DNA of 63,286 nt, filler included, from Rhabdomonas costata (taxonomy: Eukaryota), in the NCBI GenBank assembly GCA_019059605.1. It is 37 parts of 37 records of this genome, joined end to end, with 100 filler letters (N's around TTAATTAATTAA, not from the genome) between each part and the next. Parts side by side here need not be neighbours in the genome. Positions count along the whole stretch, not along the records: positions 49,696 to 51,308 come from JAHMHO010011992.1; positions 51,409 to 53,021 come from JAHMHO010011993.1; positions 53,122 to 54,733 come from JAHMHO010011994.1; positions 54,834 to 56,444 come from JAHMHO010011995.1; positions 56,545 to 58,149 come from JAHMHO010011996.1; positions 58,250 to 59,861 come from JAHMHO010011997.1; positions 59,962 to 61,574 come from JAHMHO010011998.1; positions 61,675 to 63,286 come from JAHMHO010011999.1; 29 more parts are not named here. One strand, written 5' to 3'. Both the position numbers and the translations under genes were made by a program. Positions 50,045 to 62,826 of the stretch are shown here, piece after piece (positions within the stretch are counted from its first letter, which is position 1; every line of letters begins with the position of its first letter). Under the pieces are notes generated by a model. It saw nothing but the letters and a program-made list of their open reading frames with translations, was not told where the DNA came from and made no database searches.

Positions 50045-50594
50045 CTGGTCGGGGTGGGAGGCGAATTGCTCAAACCCCGTGAGGTCCACCGAGGCCACCG
50101 TGGCCATGCGGCGGGTGCTGGAATCTGCAATTGCGCTGTGCCGGGAGCTTCGCGGTGAGGAGGTTTTCGTGCCCTCCCTCTTGTGCACAGAGGTGGAGGC
50201 CACTGCTTGCGCGAGCTGCGTGATGATACGACCACCCCATATCACACTAAACACCACAAGTCAAGGTCCCCAAACAAGCTCCCCAAATCACCCCTGCCCA
50301 ACCGGCACAAGACGGCAGATGGAAATCCAACGCCCAAATGAAGTGCGGGATGGGACCCTGACCCTCCCTAACGCGAAGGCAACATGATGTGGGAAGACAG
50401 TGATGGGGAAACCTTGCTGCTGGAGCCCGTCCCACGGGGGACAAGCATTCCCTCGGCTGAAGACGCTGACCCCACGTGGGGCAGACTCTTGTCCTCCACT
50501 GTGCTGCGGCGGTCCATCCGCGGGCCTCGGGGGCTCGGCGTGTGGGGAGGGACCAAGTAACCCTCCTCCCCAGGATCCTCGTCCTCACCCTCCT
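50045..50594 (-). CDS. Two probable exons (about 50594-50413 and 50160-50045); the second begins a class III nucleotide-cyclase-like domain
   Basis: AG/GT-bounded GC-rich exons. RRMATVASVDLTGFEQF resembles the cyclase motif vTvlfxDIxGFt. Confidence 0.4.
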
Positions 50595-50769
50595 GCTTCG
50601 TGAATAGGGAGTCGGGCATGTACCTAAGGCAAGCAACACCGTTTGAGCGGGCTACCTACCACCAGCTGGACGGAAGCAAGTGAGAATGGTTCGGGCTGAC
50701 CACCTTTGCGCGACTGCTTCAGCAACCAACCACGGCTAGAACGTGCAACTGGAAACCGCTGGGAAGGGT

Positions 50770-50950
50770 GTGTTGGTAAGGGGAAGGGAGCGGGGCGTAA
50801 TGTCGATTGCTAATCGTCCAGTGGTGATGAACGCGGCGTTCGTGTGGGGGTGGAGCTCGACAATGCCTGGGAATATGTTTCGTTTAGCATTACGAGACCG
50901 AACGGCTGAAACGTTCGAGCATATTGCCGACGAGTTCTTTCGGTGGGGTC
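50770..50950 (+). mobile_element. Second Merlin/ISXO2-like transposase relic (N-terminal catalytic region)
   Basis: RGR...FVWG...GNMFRLALRDRTAETFEHIADEF resembles GR...WVFG....G..F...VxDRxAxTLxxII. Confidence 0.55.
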
Positions 50951-51408
50951 CTGCGAGAACGCGGGGTAGAAGGCTTTTTTGGGGGATCCAGAGGCGCTGT
51001 TATGTTTTCCGTGCAAGGGACGAAAAACAATGGCTGAGGAAAAAAGTGGCTGAAGACCTCCAGACGCGGATTTTGAAATCCGCGGCAGCACCGAAGAGAT
51101 GCAGCACGGTTTAACACAGACAGGCACTTGCCACCAGTAGTACCACCAAGAGATTCAGCAAAGGTGATAACTGACACATAAATGCAACACCTTAGCGCTT
51201 CAGGATGTGGAGAGCGGGTGACAGGCTAATCAAAACCCACAAAAAGTCCTTCCAAGCCTGTGTAAAAGCACGGGCCCTTGTAGGGCCTCTAGCGTGGCTC
51301 TAAACCCANNNNNNNNNNNNNNNNNNNNNNNNNNNNNNNNNNNNNNNNNNNNTTAATTAATTAANNNNNNNNNNNNNNNNNNNNNNNNNNNNNNNNNNNN
51401 NNNNNNNN

Positions 51409-52527
51409 CCTCCTCCCGCCCCACCGCCGCCGGGGCGGCCCAATGAGCCCATCGGGGGCATCCGCGTGGCGGTGACCTCACTGGGGAAGTTCCGAGCGCC
51501 CTCCACAACCCTTTCCATGGCCTCCTCCTGAGAAAGAACATAAACACCCCCCACTGAGTACATGGGCTGCTTTTGGTTTTATATTGAACCCAATAGAACC
51601 GTCCACAGAACCCAGCGGTGAGTACGGCGGGGTTCGGGAGGAAAACGGGAGTGGGGAAGTGGACAGCTCGGTTGGATTCAAGATGACGCTAGACCGTGGT
51701 GTCAACCTCAAGATGAGTGCCGTAAAAAACAAGGAGCGTTTGCGCGTCGTGTATTTCTGTATGCAAGAGAGGAAAGCCAAGGGAGAGCAAAAAAGGAAGT
51801 GCCTCCGTCTGTGGGGCCTTGCCCAGGGCAGAGGAGGAAGCCAGGTCCTCCAAGCTTTGCGCCGTGGAAGCTTTGGCGCTCTCCGGGAGGTCGGTGTACG
51901 CCACAATCCCGCGGCCCCACGCGGTGGCCACCCTCTTGATCGTAAGGAGGGAGTTTTTGGGGATCTCCGAAGTGCCCTGGGTGTACTCTGGGCGAGAACG
52001 CCGCACCAAAGAGAAAGTACGGGAATCTGCATTCCATTTTTGGAGGCCATATGGTGCGCGCTTGTCAGGTTCGCTAATGCCCATATTGGGACGTGGACAC
52101 CAAGGCAAAGAAAGAGGGTCGCGGATGACAGACTCCTCATGCGTGCATGAAAAGAGATGAAGACATCGGACGACAAAGTGAACAAAACAAACAACCTACA
52201 CCTAAATTGGCGCTTTCCTTGGGAAGGGACCACTTCCCAAGATGGCAGCCAGGAAGCTGAAAAAACCGGGACTTTTTGACAAGTATCTGCTAAATGCCGA
52301 GCAGCATACAAAAAACGCCGTGGCATCCCACACTCTGGCTCACTTGGCACACCTTCGTTGGTTTGGGAGTTGCGGACCTCGAGGTCGAAGTCAGTGCTCT
52401 TCATCTTGAGCTGAGTGACGATCTGCTGCTTCAGGTTGGCCAGGGTGATGGTGGGCCCGACAAACTCAATGGTTTCGTAGTCTTTGCCATGACCCAGCTT
52501 GTAGAACATGGTGCTAAGTTCCGCCAT
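51409..52527 (-). CDS. RBBP6: RBBP6/Mpe1 homologue, DWNN ubiquitin-like domain, three exons (3' truncated)
   Basis: FYKLGHGKDYETIEFVGPTITLANLKQQI...DFDLEVRNSQTNE|EYTQGTSEIPKNSLLTIKRV matches the DWNN consensus. Confidence 0.9.
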
Positions 52528-55500
52528 TGTTTTTTCAAAAACAGCACCAACACAAGAGGGTAGTGTGTATGCGAGAAGGGGGGGGGTAGTGAAAACTAAG
52601 ACACTTGGAAAAACAGAGGAGGCTGAGCTGATAATAGTGAACAAAAACAAATGTTAGGATAAAAAGCGCGGAATTCGCGGAGTGATAAACGGTGCGGCAA
52701 GAATAAAACCAGCTCCCCAGCTCCCCAAGTTTCCTGAAAAGCCACAAAAAACCCAGTTTTGATCCCTGTTGCAGCGGCTTGTCCAAGGGCAGGGATAGTC
52801 ACAGGTGGAGTCCTTCTCCCAGCGGGGCTGTTGTACTGTTTCTTTTTTTAGGGGAGGGGGAGGATGTTAAAAGTTTTTGACATAAAATCGGCATCTATGG
52901 TAGAACAGTAGAACAGAAAACCTACCCCGTTTCATAAAAACAAAAAACAACATCATCTAGTTGGATTTCTGAACCTAACCCCCGTGCTCGGAAAATGACT
53001 CTTTGAAAAAACAAAACAACCNNNNNNNNNNNNNNNNNNNNNNNNNNNNNNNNNNNNNNNNNNNNTTAATTAATTAANNNNNNNNNNNNNNNNNNNNNNN
53101 NNNNNNNNNNNNNNNNNNNNNGGGTTTGTTGACGGACGTGAAGGGATGTTGTGACCTCGATGGAGTGCACTTTTGATGGCATTTTTTGTGACAGTTTGCG
53201 TCAATTCGAGATGCAGAGGCTCGAGGGTTGCGGTGTCTGCGTTAGGATGGCACTGTCTGACCAGTGTCCCCCCCTTTTCGCATCCGCGCAGGTTTTGCGG
53301 GACACTACTGCGGTGGACCTGCGGCAGAAGGACGCCGTCCTTTCCAACGAGGGTCTCTTTGCTTTCGCTGATAATTGATATCCTGCTGTGTGCCTTCTGC
53401 TCTTCTGTGTTTCTTATACACCGTGGGTCCCGCGTCCACTGCGTTTTTGACGGGAGACGAAGCGACTCTGAGTTTTTCGAAACATAGGCGGGATGGGGAG
53501 GTAAAGTTGAAAGGTTGAGTTTCCGGCAAACAGTTTCAGGCACAGCTGGAGCGCAGTGGCAGCGTTGCCAGGACGTGTCTGGTGTGGATTCTTTGCGATG
53601 GTTCGGAGGGGCGGCGCAGTAAGTTCCTCTGAATCAGCATCCCGTCTTCCAGCCTCGATGCGATGCAACGTTGACCTCCATCCTGCCAGCTTCTGACCGT
53701 TGGCCCGTCGTTGTTGGGCCCTTCGAATGCACCGACCACAAGCACCTTGAAAGTCGCAGCTTCTACGCGCACCGCACACCTCACTTTGGCTATTTCCTAT
53801 TCCCTAAGGGAGGGATCCTCTGGCGCAAGGGGTCAGGGCTGGGAACTCCGCCGCATCTACTGGTCAAACGTGGGGTCCTACCACGCATCCTCTTCCGAAC
53901 ACAGACGCGCGCGATGGGCTTCTTTGGAGTTACTTTTCCCTCTAAGAGTTTCTCTTTCACCCTGCGCGCACTCACCCGCGCGCACCCACCGTGCCCTCCC
54001 CGCCTGGTTGCTGGACAGAAGGCTAGCTTTTGTGTGCATGTGCTGGGGTGGCTCCGGATTGTTCGTTGGCGACTTGTCAACCGCTCGGCATTGCCCTTCA
54101 ACCTACGCCTTTTTTTTGGGGGGTGGGTCCACGCAGGAACACACGGTTGGTTGTGACTGTGGATTTGTTGGATCTGCAGTTGCAGCTTTTGGTTTTTGGT
54201 GGACCTGAAACCCTGAAACCCGCGCCTTCACGCTAGGAAAGGTAAGGGGGGGGTGACTTTCGCCACTTGCCCACTTGGAATGTGTGCATTTTCTTGACCT
54301 TTGTTGGTTGTTACTAGTGTGTATCCCTTCTTTCAATCGCAAAATCGCACCACCGCCTCTCTCTGCCCTTCGAATACCACACTCGCTTCGAGAGAGGAAG
54401 AGAAAGCCCTGAGAGAGAGGCCTGATCATCACCGAGATCATACCATAAAATAAACAGATGCAAAAGGGGCTGGCTGGCGACGAGAAAGATACTTTTCGGG
54501 GTTGCGCTCGAAGGACCCTCCATCGTGCCGCCAGACCTCCCGCGAGGACAACCTGCAGTGCTTGGCAGGCACCGGAGTGGGCAACCGCAGAACCAGCACC
54601 ACCAGCAGCAGCAGCACAGGGGCAGAAGCAAAGCCAGCCATCCTCACACCCGGCAAAACCTTAAGGGGGCGAAAAACCTCTGCAAGTGCTCAGAAGATGG
54701 AAAGGCAGGAGAAAAATTAGAGAACCAAAAACCNNNNNNNNNNNNNNNNNNNNNNNNNNNNNNNNNNNNNNNNNNNNTTAATTAATTAANNNNNNNNNNN
54801 NNNNNNNNNNNNNNNNNNNNNNNNNNNNNNNNNTGTGGGTGTGTGGTTGCTTCCTCGAGCTATGTCTGAGTTATCATGAAATTGGCCAGTCTTGAAAGTT
54901 CAATTTTTCTGATTCCATCCAGCAAGGCGACAAAAGCAACACCACAGGGAGTTCGAAGTGGGGCGCATGATGGAAAAGAACGGGCAAAGGGAAAAAACGG
55001 AATGCCAAAGAGGAGTGTGTGAGTGGGGGGTAGCTGAGGGAGACCAGGGGAAGTGCGCAAGGTTTTGGTGGTGGAATGGGGTGCCGGGATCGAGATTGGG
55101 TGGTAGAGGAAAGACACTAAATGTTGTTCTGCTGTTCTGATCTTTATGCTGCTGATCGGATCAGGAGGCACCAGCGAGCAAGAAGATAAAAGGGGAAAGG
55201 GAAAAAGATAAAACCTGATGAAGAAATTGCCTCTTGTCCATTCGCTTCAGCGTTGTGTAGAAGTCCTCCAGCGTCTCCTTGACATATGCGATAACCATTC
55301 TCTCAAACCTCTCAAACGAAGGAAAGGAGAAATTACACAGTGAGGCGAACGATCGAGAACACAGCGGTGGAGCTGATGGAGGATTGATTCAGTTCAGGGT
55401 CCCTGCAAACCCTCTCGACGGCAGAGAGAGAGAGAGATTTCGCAACAGCCACCACAGCAAATCAGAATCAACAAGAGCTGCTGACAAAATCAGGGAAAAT

Positions 55501-58249
55501 GACCCGAGGATCAAGAGCGTCATCTTTAAGGATTATTTTTCGTTCGTGTCTGGAGACCCAGACATTTTCAGCATGGATCTCCAGTCAATACACAGTTGAT
55601 AAGATTTTGTTTCTGACTTCAATACTCACAACTCTCGCACACAAAATCTGGCAAGGCGGACTCCCATTCTCTTCCGGCTGCGGAATTTCAGCGATACCGA
55701 GAGGCCCCACGCCCAGAAAGAGAGATTCAAAAGCGCTTCATCGGCGGCACTAACACGGCAAGGACAAACGGAGGCATCACACATCGTGCGACTTCGCACT
55801 AGTGCCGCAGAAGACCAGCATGGCAGTCTGCTCACGAGGGAGCATCTATTCATGAACAAAAAAGGCAAATACAATGAGGACAAAAATTAACAAAAAAAAC
55901 AATGTAAAAAAGCTATGCGCAGTGGCGAGGGAGGCCGTAAAAACTTGCCAGGACTGAAAGTCCCCCGCAAGCAATATAAAGGGGAAAGCCGACAGGCAGC
56001 GCCCACTGCTCATTGCGAGTGAGAGGCCAGTGCAAAGTTGAATTTCGGATTGCCCACGAGACGCTTGATGCTCAGGAGTTGTTGCTGTTGTCCTGCAGCC
56101 AGGTGTGCACTTGGCTCCACATCTGCCTCCGGAAGGCCAGCCGCTCCCGCAGCTCCTCCGCCTCACTGCGGCGGAGCCTCCAGCGCCGAAGAAACCTCAG
56201 GCGAAGCATTCTGAGAAGAAAGTAACTCGAGTACAGCAGCAGTCAGCACAGCTCTCTTGCCTACAGTAATCAATAACATCATATCGTCAAGCAAAAGGAA
56301 CATTTTGGTGAATGCTCTCTCGTCTTCGCACCTGAGCGTAACACGCACGGGCCGAACAAGAATGCACAAGACACTTTCATTGAATCAAGCAGTGTCGAGG
56401 GAAAGGCAGCTTCAGTCCTCGGTTCTGACACAAGAACCACAAACNNNNNNNNNNNNNNNNNNNNNNNNNNNNNNNNNNNNNNNNNNNNTTAATTAATTAA
56501 NNNNNNNNNNNNNNNNNNNNNNNNNNNNNNNNNNNNNNNNNNNNGTGAGCACCGCCGCGGAGTTTTTCGGAAATGCTGGGAATATCTTTGGTTTGTCGGC
56601 TGAGCGTGGAACGACGCCCCGCGCTTTCTACTTGAAGATTGCAAGGTCAGCCCATCCTGATAAGGTTGAGCGTTGAGCAAGAGCTAAAGGATTTTGCAGA
56701 AGAGTTTTTAAAAATCGCGTTTTTGGACTATAGAACGAAGTAGTCTTCGAGTCCAGCCCCGAAAAGGTGACGTATACCCCCATTTTTGGGGTCGTAGAAC
56801 ACGAAAAACACGGTTTGGTGCTTTGATTCGACCATCTTGAGGCTGAAAACGCCGATTTTTGGCCGAATTTAGGACCTTTTCGAGGCCTGCCTCGGTGGTA
56901 GCATGTAAGGGTCGAAAATGGGGTGTCCGGGGTGAAAAAATCGACCCTCCGGAAATCGACCCAACATGACGTTTCTGAGGTCGGGGGTTCCGAAAAACGC
57001 GTTTTCATGCGGATTTGAGGGGGTTCTTTGAGGCTTTGGGGACGGATTTTGGGGGCCAAAAGCCTTGAAAAGGGGGCTTTTTGGCGTCGAAAAGGGCTTC
57101 AAAAGGGGTGAAAATGAGGTAACTTCGGCCGGTTGGGTAAAGTCGTGATTCGGCTGGTTGCAATAGCGGAAAAGTTTGGGGAGGGGTCCCATTCCTCGAA
57201 TTAGGCGGAATTCATATTGGGATAAGCATGCACCCTCGTTTCGTTACGGGACCCCTTAGCGCTGCGCGCAGCGCCCTTACTTGTTATCATGTCTGTTTTC
57301 GTCCTTTTTTTTTTTAAGGTTGATGCAAGCGTTATCGAAACAAATCAGTATACGGACAAGCGAGCTACGGAAGTTGTGGAGCAGGTTCTTGTGTGACCAA
57401 AGCGTTTTCTCCTCCCGACGCTCGTTCTGTGATGGGGCGTGAGGTTTTTTTAACGAGAAAATGGGGTTGGGTGGTTGGCGAGCGATTTTGAGATTCCTGG
57501 GTAATCAGGGTGGGGGATTTGCCCTGCCTCAGACATCTCCCCAAGTCATTGCGAATTGATAAGCAGGCAATTACCGCTTGTCGCGTGTGTTGTGCCGTAC
57601 CTGGATTTTGGCTGTGCTATTTTTTTGCAGTATCTCAACAGCTTTTCACGTCGTTTTGTATTTTAGCTGCCGCACTCTTTATTTGTTGTTGGAGCTGTGC
57701 CTTTTTTGTACTTTTGTGGCTTCCCTGCTTTCGGGGCTTTTAGTTATTTTGTGGGTCGGGAAGGGGTCTTAAAGCCTGCTGTTCGCTGTCCCACTCTTTG
57801 GCCAATGTCCCAGATGCCCAATCCATCTACGGGGCGTGTGGAGCTGAGCCTTTCACCACAATATTACCTTGCCGGATTGTTCATCCTTATTGCAGCGCGA
57901 CGCCTTTCACCTCTCCTTTTGTCGCCTGAGGTTGGAGGGTTGGAGTGGATTCGAGGCTGAGCTCTATTGAGTTTGACCTGAAGTATAGCTATACAGTTTA
58001 AATGTGGACTGGGGACTGCAATTGGGCACCACCCACCCCCTGGACCAAGTTATTTATCGCAGTAGGTTAAGCAACGTGGACTCTAGTTCGACCTGCTGTA
58101 TATATTGTAAATGGCGACAGCGTTTTTCTGCTTCACCCACCACCACAACNNNNNNNNNNNNNNNNNNNNNNNNNNNNNNNNNNNNNNNNNNNNTTAATTA
58201 ATTAANNNNNNNNNNNNNNNNNNNNNNNNNNNNNNNNNNNNNNNNNNNN

Positions 58250-59398
58250 ATCGTCACGCAACAAGGAGGCACTTGAGAAGCCGTTCACGAGATTTGCAAC
58301 ATCTTGTGCGGTGAGCCCCCTGACCACACACACAGCAATGGCTGACTTCGCCAATGCACACCAGAGGTCGTCATTTTTCCGAAGAAACCGGATTTTGGAA
58401 AATCCGTTCACGAAAATCGCAATGTAACGCGGACTAAGGGGCTCTTCCAAGGTTGTCGCTGCCACCGCTAGGGCTTCCCATAAATCGTGGTCATCAGAGA
58501 GATGGTCAACCTTTGAAAACCCGTTCACGCAGTTGGAGAGTCCTTGTGGAGTGAGGCGATCTTTCATAGCGGTCGCCCCGGCTGCTAGACCTGCCCACAG
58601 AGCTTGCTCGCTGAGAACAAGTCCTACCTTAGAAAATCCATTCACACAGTTCGAGACATCTTGAGGCGTTAAATCACCAACTATCCTAGTCCCAGCCTTC
58701 ACCAAGGACATCCACAAAGGTCGACTTTCAAGAACTGACACAGCCTTCGAAAATCCATTCACGCACATCGATAAATCCCTTGCCCTCATCTGCTTTGACA
58801 CAGGGATAGCCCTTTTGGCGAGCATATTCCAGAGCACCGAGTCTCTCAGATGAAGCTGCACCTTCGAGAAACTATTCACCAAAGTAGAAATGAGTTGGGC
58901 ATCAAAATTTGGAGCATCCCCCTCACGCAAACGTCGAACCGTGGCCTTGGAAAGGGCTTCCCACAAAATTGCATCTTCAATGTGCTTCGGAGACTTCGAG
59001 AGAATGCTCACGCACCTCTCCAGGCTCCAAGCGTCAAAGCTGCCCGCTTGCTGCGAAACAATATCCACCAGGGGGGCGAGGTGAGCCTTCTCGGCAGGTG
59101 AGAGGCGATGCGTTCGTTCCTGAATCAGACAGCGAAGTTCCCATGAGACGTTCTCAACGGAAACCTTGCCCGATGGCCCCTTGCTGAATGAGCGCCAGAG
59201 TCGAAGTGGGTGGAAAAAGAGGAAGTTCTGGGCTCTTAAGCAACCCGTCGGTTGTCGAAGTGCACCGTTCAAATGGGAAGCTATGAAAAATCGAAAGCCA
59301 AATGTTGAGCGAAATGACACAGCGGGGACAACAAAGGCGGGCGGTGCAAAGCTGAGCACTGGGGCCAGGCCTTGCTTTCCACAGCAGCGGCTCAACAT
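58250..59398 (-). CDS. Organelle-targeted helical-repeat RNA-binding protein (OPR/HPR/FASTK-RAP-like), at least 6 repeats of about 39 aa, intronless, 3' truncated
   Basis: The repeats read LWxxLAxxA......LTPQxxSNxVNGFSKV. The N-terminus is rich in Arg/Ser/Phe and lacks acidic residues, like a presequence. Confidence 0.8.
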
Positions 59399-60092
59399 CG
59401 TCTAGGCCTTCTCGGCAAAGCCAACAGAATAGCAGCAAGGGGCCGTGTGGAAACAGTATAACAAGCTGAAAGGTTGTGGAAACACGATAACACCTCGCTT
59501 GCCTGCATTCCGATTATTGTCTGATGGACTTTGCGGCCAATTAACTGAGCAAGTGAGGGGTTAATGTCGAATATATCCCTCAATACGATGTGCATCTCAC
59601 TTAGGTGGATTAGTTCTAAATTGGGAGATCAAGCGGCTTAACCTAAAATAATCTAAGCGAAACCATGAGAAAGGGAACCACTACATTGGTCTTGATTTGT
59701 CTTTTCCAGACATTTTGTGGTGGACTATTTTGGCTTGTTAGAGCGCGAAAGTGATACTACACATCTGCGATGAGGTCTATCCCACCCCAACCGCCAAGTT
59801 TCGTTTAACAACGTTCAACGGTTTACAAGGTTTACAACGGTAAACAGTTACCACACCCAACNNNNNNNNNNNNNNNNNNNNNNNNNNNNNNNNNNNNNNN
59901 NNNNNTTAATTAATTAANNNNNNNNNNNNNNNNNNNNNNNNNNNNNNNNNNNNNNNNNNNNAAAACATTTGTGCCCGGGGATTTTAAATTGGATTTCAGC
60001 TGTACTCACTGCTTTCATTGCTTTTCTTTGTGCTCTGCTGTTCTTCAACTCGATCAAACTCCCTTCCATAAAAAGGTGAGTTTGTGGGGCAG

Positions 60093-61373
60093 TGGATAGA
60101 GGGCCGGCGGCGTGGCCCGGGCAGCTTCCAGTTCCTCGATGGGGCCACCCTACGGGCCGATGACTGGGGGGCTGGCGACACAACCAGTGGCGGGCAAGGC
60201 ACCCCTGTTGCTGGGTTTCCCCGCAACGCCACGCTCGCCCTGAACGGCAGCCAGTGCTCTGTGGTGGAGCTCGCGGTGCGGTGCCGTGCCGCAGCGAAGC
60301 TGGTCGTCCTGCCTTCCCCTCCACAGCCGCGGGCTCCTCAGGATGAGGCCCCGCAAGATGGGCAGCAGCCAGCCGAGCCGGAATCGCAGCCGCAGCCGCA
60401 AGAGCAGTCTCCGCCGCGAAGCCAAGGCATGCGTGAGGGTAAGTGAAAAACCGAAGGAGGATTGCAACGGGGAAGCGTTGTGCTTGTTGGCACATCAGCG
60501 ATTGTATATTTGGTCGTTCATGTGATAATGGGGGTATCGCCTCTCAGCACTGCCATTTTGGTGTGTGCTTCTGTGGATGATGTTTTACGAGTGTGATCGG
60601 GTGACTCCCTTTTCCGGGAGAACCACCTTGTCAAATCTGCTTCACTGTTGCAGGGTTGAAGTGGTTTGGAGTCTCGGGGTGATTCACGCTACTGCCATTT
60701 TCCCGCTGTCACCTCCTCGACCCCATTACGTCTTTCTCCCTTCGTGGGCATTTGCATGCTTATGAAGTGTGAATGTGTAAATTGTGCGCTTGTGTGTTTG
60801 TTAAACTACGGTGCCTCGTTTCTTTGGCTATGGGCTCTGCCCCCCCTCCCCCCCCCCGCTGTCTGCTTTTGCGCAGCGCTACTCGCGCAAATACCACCGC
60901 TACGCAAACGCTACGCTCGGTTAAACGCGCCGTGAGTAGCGTTCGCTTATGAATGCCGACGCTATTAAACTCAGCCATGTACACGAAAATGTTTTCTCTC
61001 ACCTTTCATTTCCACCATCTCTCAGAACCCTTTCAAACTTTGAGAGCAACTTGACACAAGTGCATGAGAGAATGTACCCAGCACTGGAATTGCATTTCTT
61101 TGGATTGCGTCGCGCTGCTTTCACATCGGTTTTTTCGTCGTGTATGCGACTGCGGGGGATGTGTGTGCAGAGGAAGTGGCTGACTTCGTGGTGCCAGCGG
61201 AGGTCTTTGCTAAGGCCGTGGATGGCCTTCTGAGGGCCGCGGAGGAGCCCGTGGTCCTTGGGGTGCCCCAGCCCGCGGTCCCTGCGTGCATGGCGCGGCC
61301 CACAGGGTGGGCAGAGTACTGCGGGGAGTGGGTGGATGGGGTATACACCTCTCACACTCTACATCTGCACTGG
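60093..61373 (+). CDS. MORN-repeat-containing protein, exons 60093-60438 and 61171-61373
   Basis: WIEGRRRGPGSFQFLDG and YCGEWVDG are MORN-like motifs. The intron is a phase-1 GTAAG...CAG. Confidence 0.6.
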
Positions 61374-61489
61374 GTAAGGTCAAATGATTTTTGCCCACGT
61401 CCCTTTTCAGGGACGGCGACATAATGTCGGCGGGGGGAGGGGCCCCGGGCCGACAACAAAAAGCTCCGGTTACCCAGCCGACCTGTCAA

Positions 61490-61570
61490 AATCAAAACGG
61501 CCCAAAATCCAATAAAGGACAAAATTCAAAAAGGACAAAATTCAAAAAAGGACATAATTCAGGGACTTTT
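61490..61570 (+). repeat. Short tandem AAAGGACAAAATTCA-like units (possibly transposon subterminal repeats)
   Basis: 3-4 imperfect copies are visible. Confidence 0.6.
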
Positions 61571-61674
61571 TCAANNNNNNNNNNNNNNNNNNNNNNNNNN
61601 NNNNNNNNNNNNNNNNNNTTAATTAATTAANNNNNNNNNNNNNNNNNNNNNNNNNNNNNNNNNNNNNNNNNNNN

Positions 61675-62826
61675 CCGGGGGGTAGCGGTGGGGCACGCAG
61701 GGCTTCGTTGACCTGAGTCCCAAACAGATGCGCGAGCTCCATTTTCCAGGAGCTGTACTGAGAGAACTCGAGCGACCTGGCCATATTTTTATTCGCACCA
61801 ACGTTGTTTTTGAAGGCTTTACACTGAGGTAAGGCGATTGGGGTGTGGTATCCAGGCTGCGCAAAGAATGAGTCCCCATTCGGTTCGGTGCCGACGGTTA
61901 CCGTGTCCTACGTATTTATCGTTTCGGTTTTCAGAAACAAAAGCACGTTTAGCAGACAACACGGGACCACTGAGATTTCAAGGAATGGGACAGCAATTGG
62001 TGTCCACAGAAAGACTCAGGTAAGCTGCACGGGAGTACCAGCGTCAGGAATTCCGAATGTCCCGTGCCGTCTCCATTGGCAGCAATGGGGGCTGCAACGG
62101 GACATTCAATGGGATATTAGGGCGGCATCGAGAGACTGCTGATTATGGGGAGGGCAAATCCTAGCTAGAACCTCCCTCTGTCAAACTGCGACGGGCATAC
62201 TCAAAGCGGAGCGTGACCGGGGGGGGGGGGGACAAGCAATGCAATGCTTCTGATTTCCGCAGGCTTGGAGGCCGTTTAGAACCTACCTGATAGGATATTT
62301 TGGTGGCTATTTTTTTTTCGGCCACTCTAAGGCTTCGGATTCCCGAATGGGAATATTGCACCCCAACTAGCTGTGCGCAGAGCTTATGATTTAGACTGGA
62401 TCCGCTCGGCTCCCCAAGCGAACAGTGCTTTGAAACTCGAAATCCTTGCAAGACAGACCTCCTAACACATTCAGATCGCACCACTAATTTCATTTGGTAC
62501 GTTTTTTGTGTTATTGTAACTTACAATAATCACGGCTAAGGTTTCCGTTTAAAGAACGATGGGAAACAACAGAAGGAAACCATTGACCGATCGAGCGTTC
62601 CGTATTTTAAATCCTTTCGAATCATCTCTCTGAGGGGAGACACGGCGAAGCAATGCACAACAAAAAAAAGAATGCGGATCGCCGTGAACGCTATTGAGAA
62701 ATTTACCCGCCGATAGATTTCGGTTTCCAGAGTATAGGCGTAGGCCGCGGCCACACAGTCGAAGCTAAGGTCGGGAAGGGCATCCTCAGCAGCAGCATCC
62801 AGGCTGAAACTTGCGCCTGAACCGTC
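61675..62826 (-). CDS. ADP-ribosyltransferase (ART/exoenzyme)-like protein, exons 62826-62707 and 61712 to the contig end
   Basis: A phase-0 splice gives CVAAAYAYTLETEIYRR|VNEALR, the YTxE..xYxxxNxALR helix that precedes RSE-clade ART domains. Confidence 0.6.

Noticed and set aside
53122-56444. Several GC-rich AG/GT-bounded candidate exons
   Set aside because: Neither the frame nor a family could be determined.
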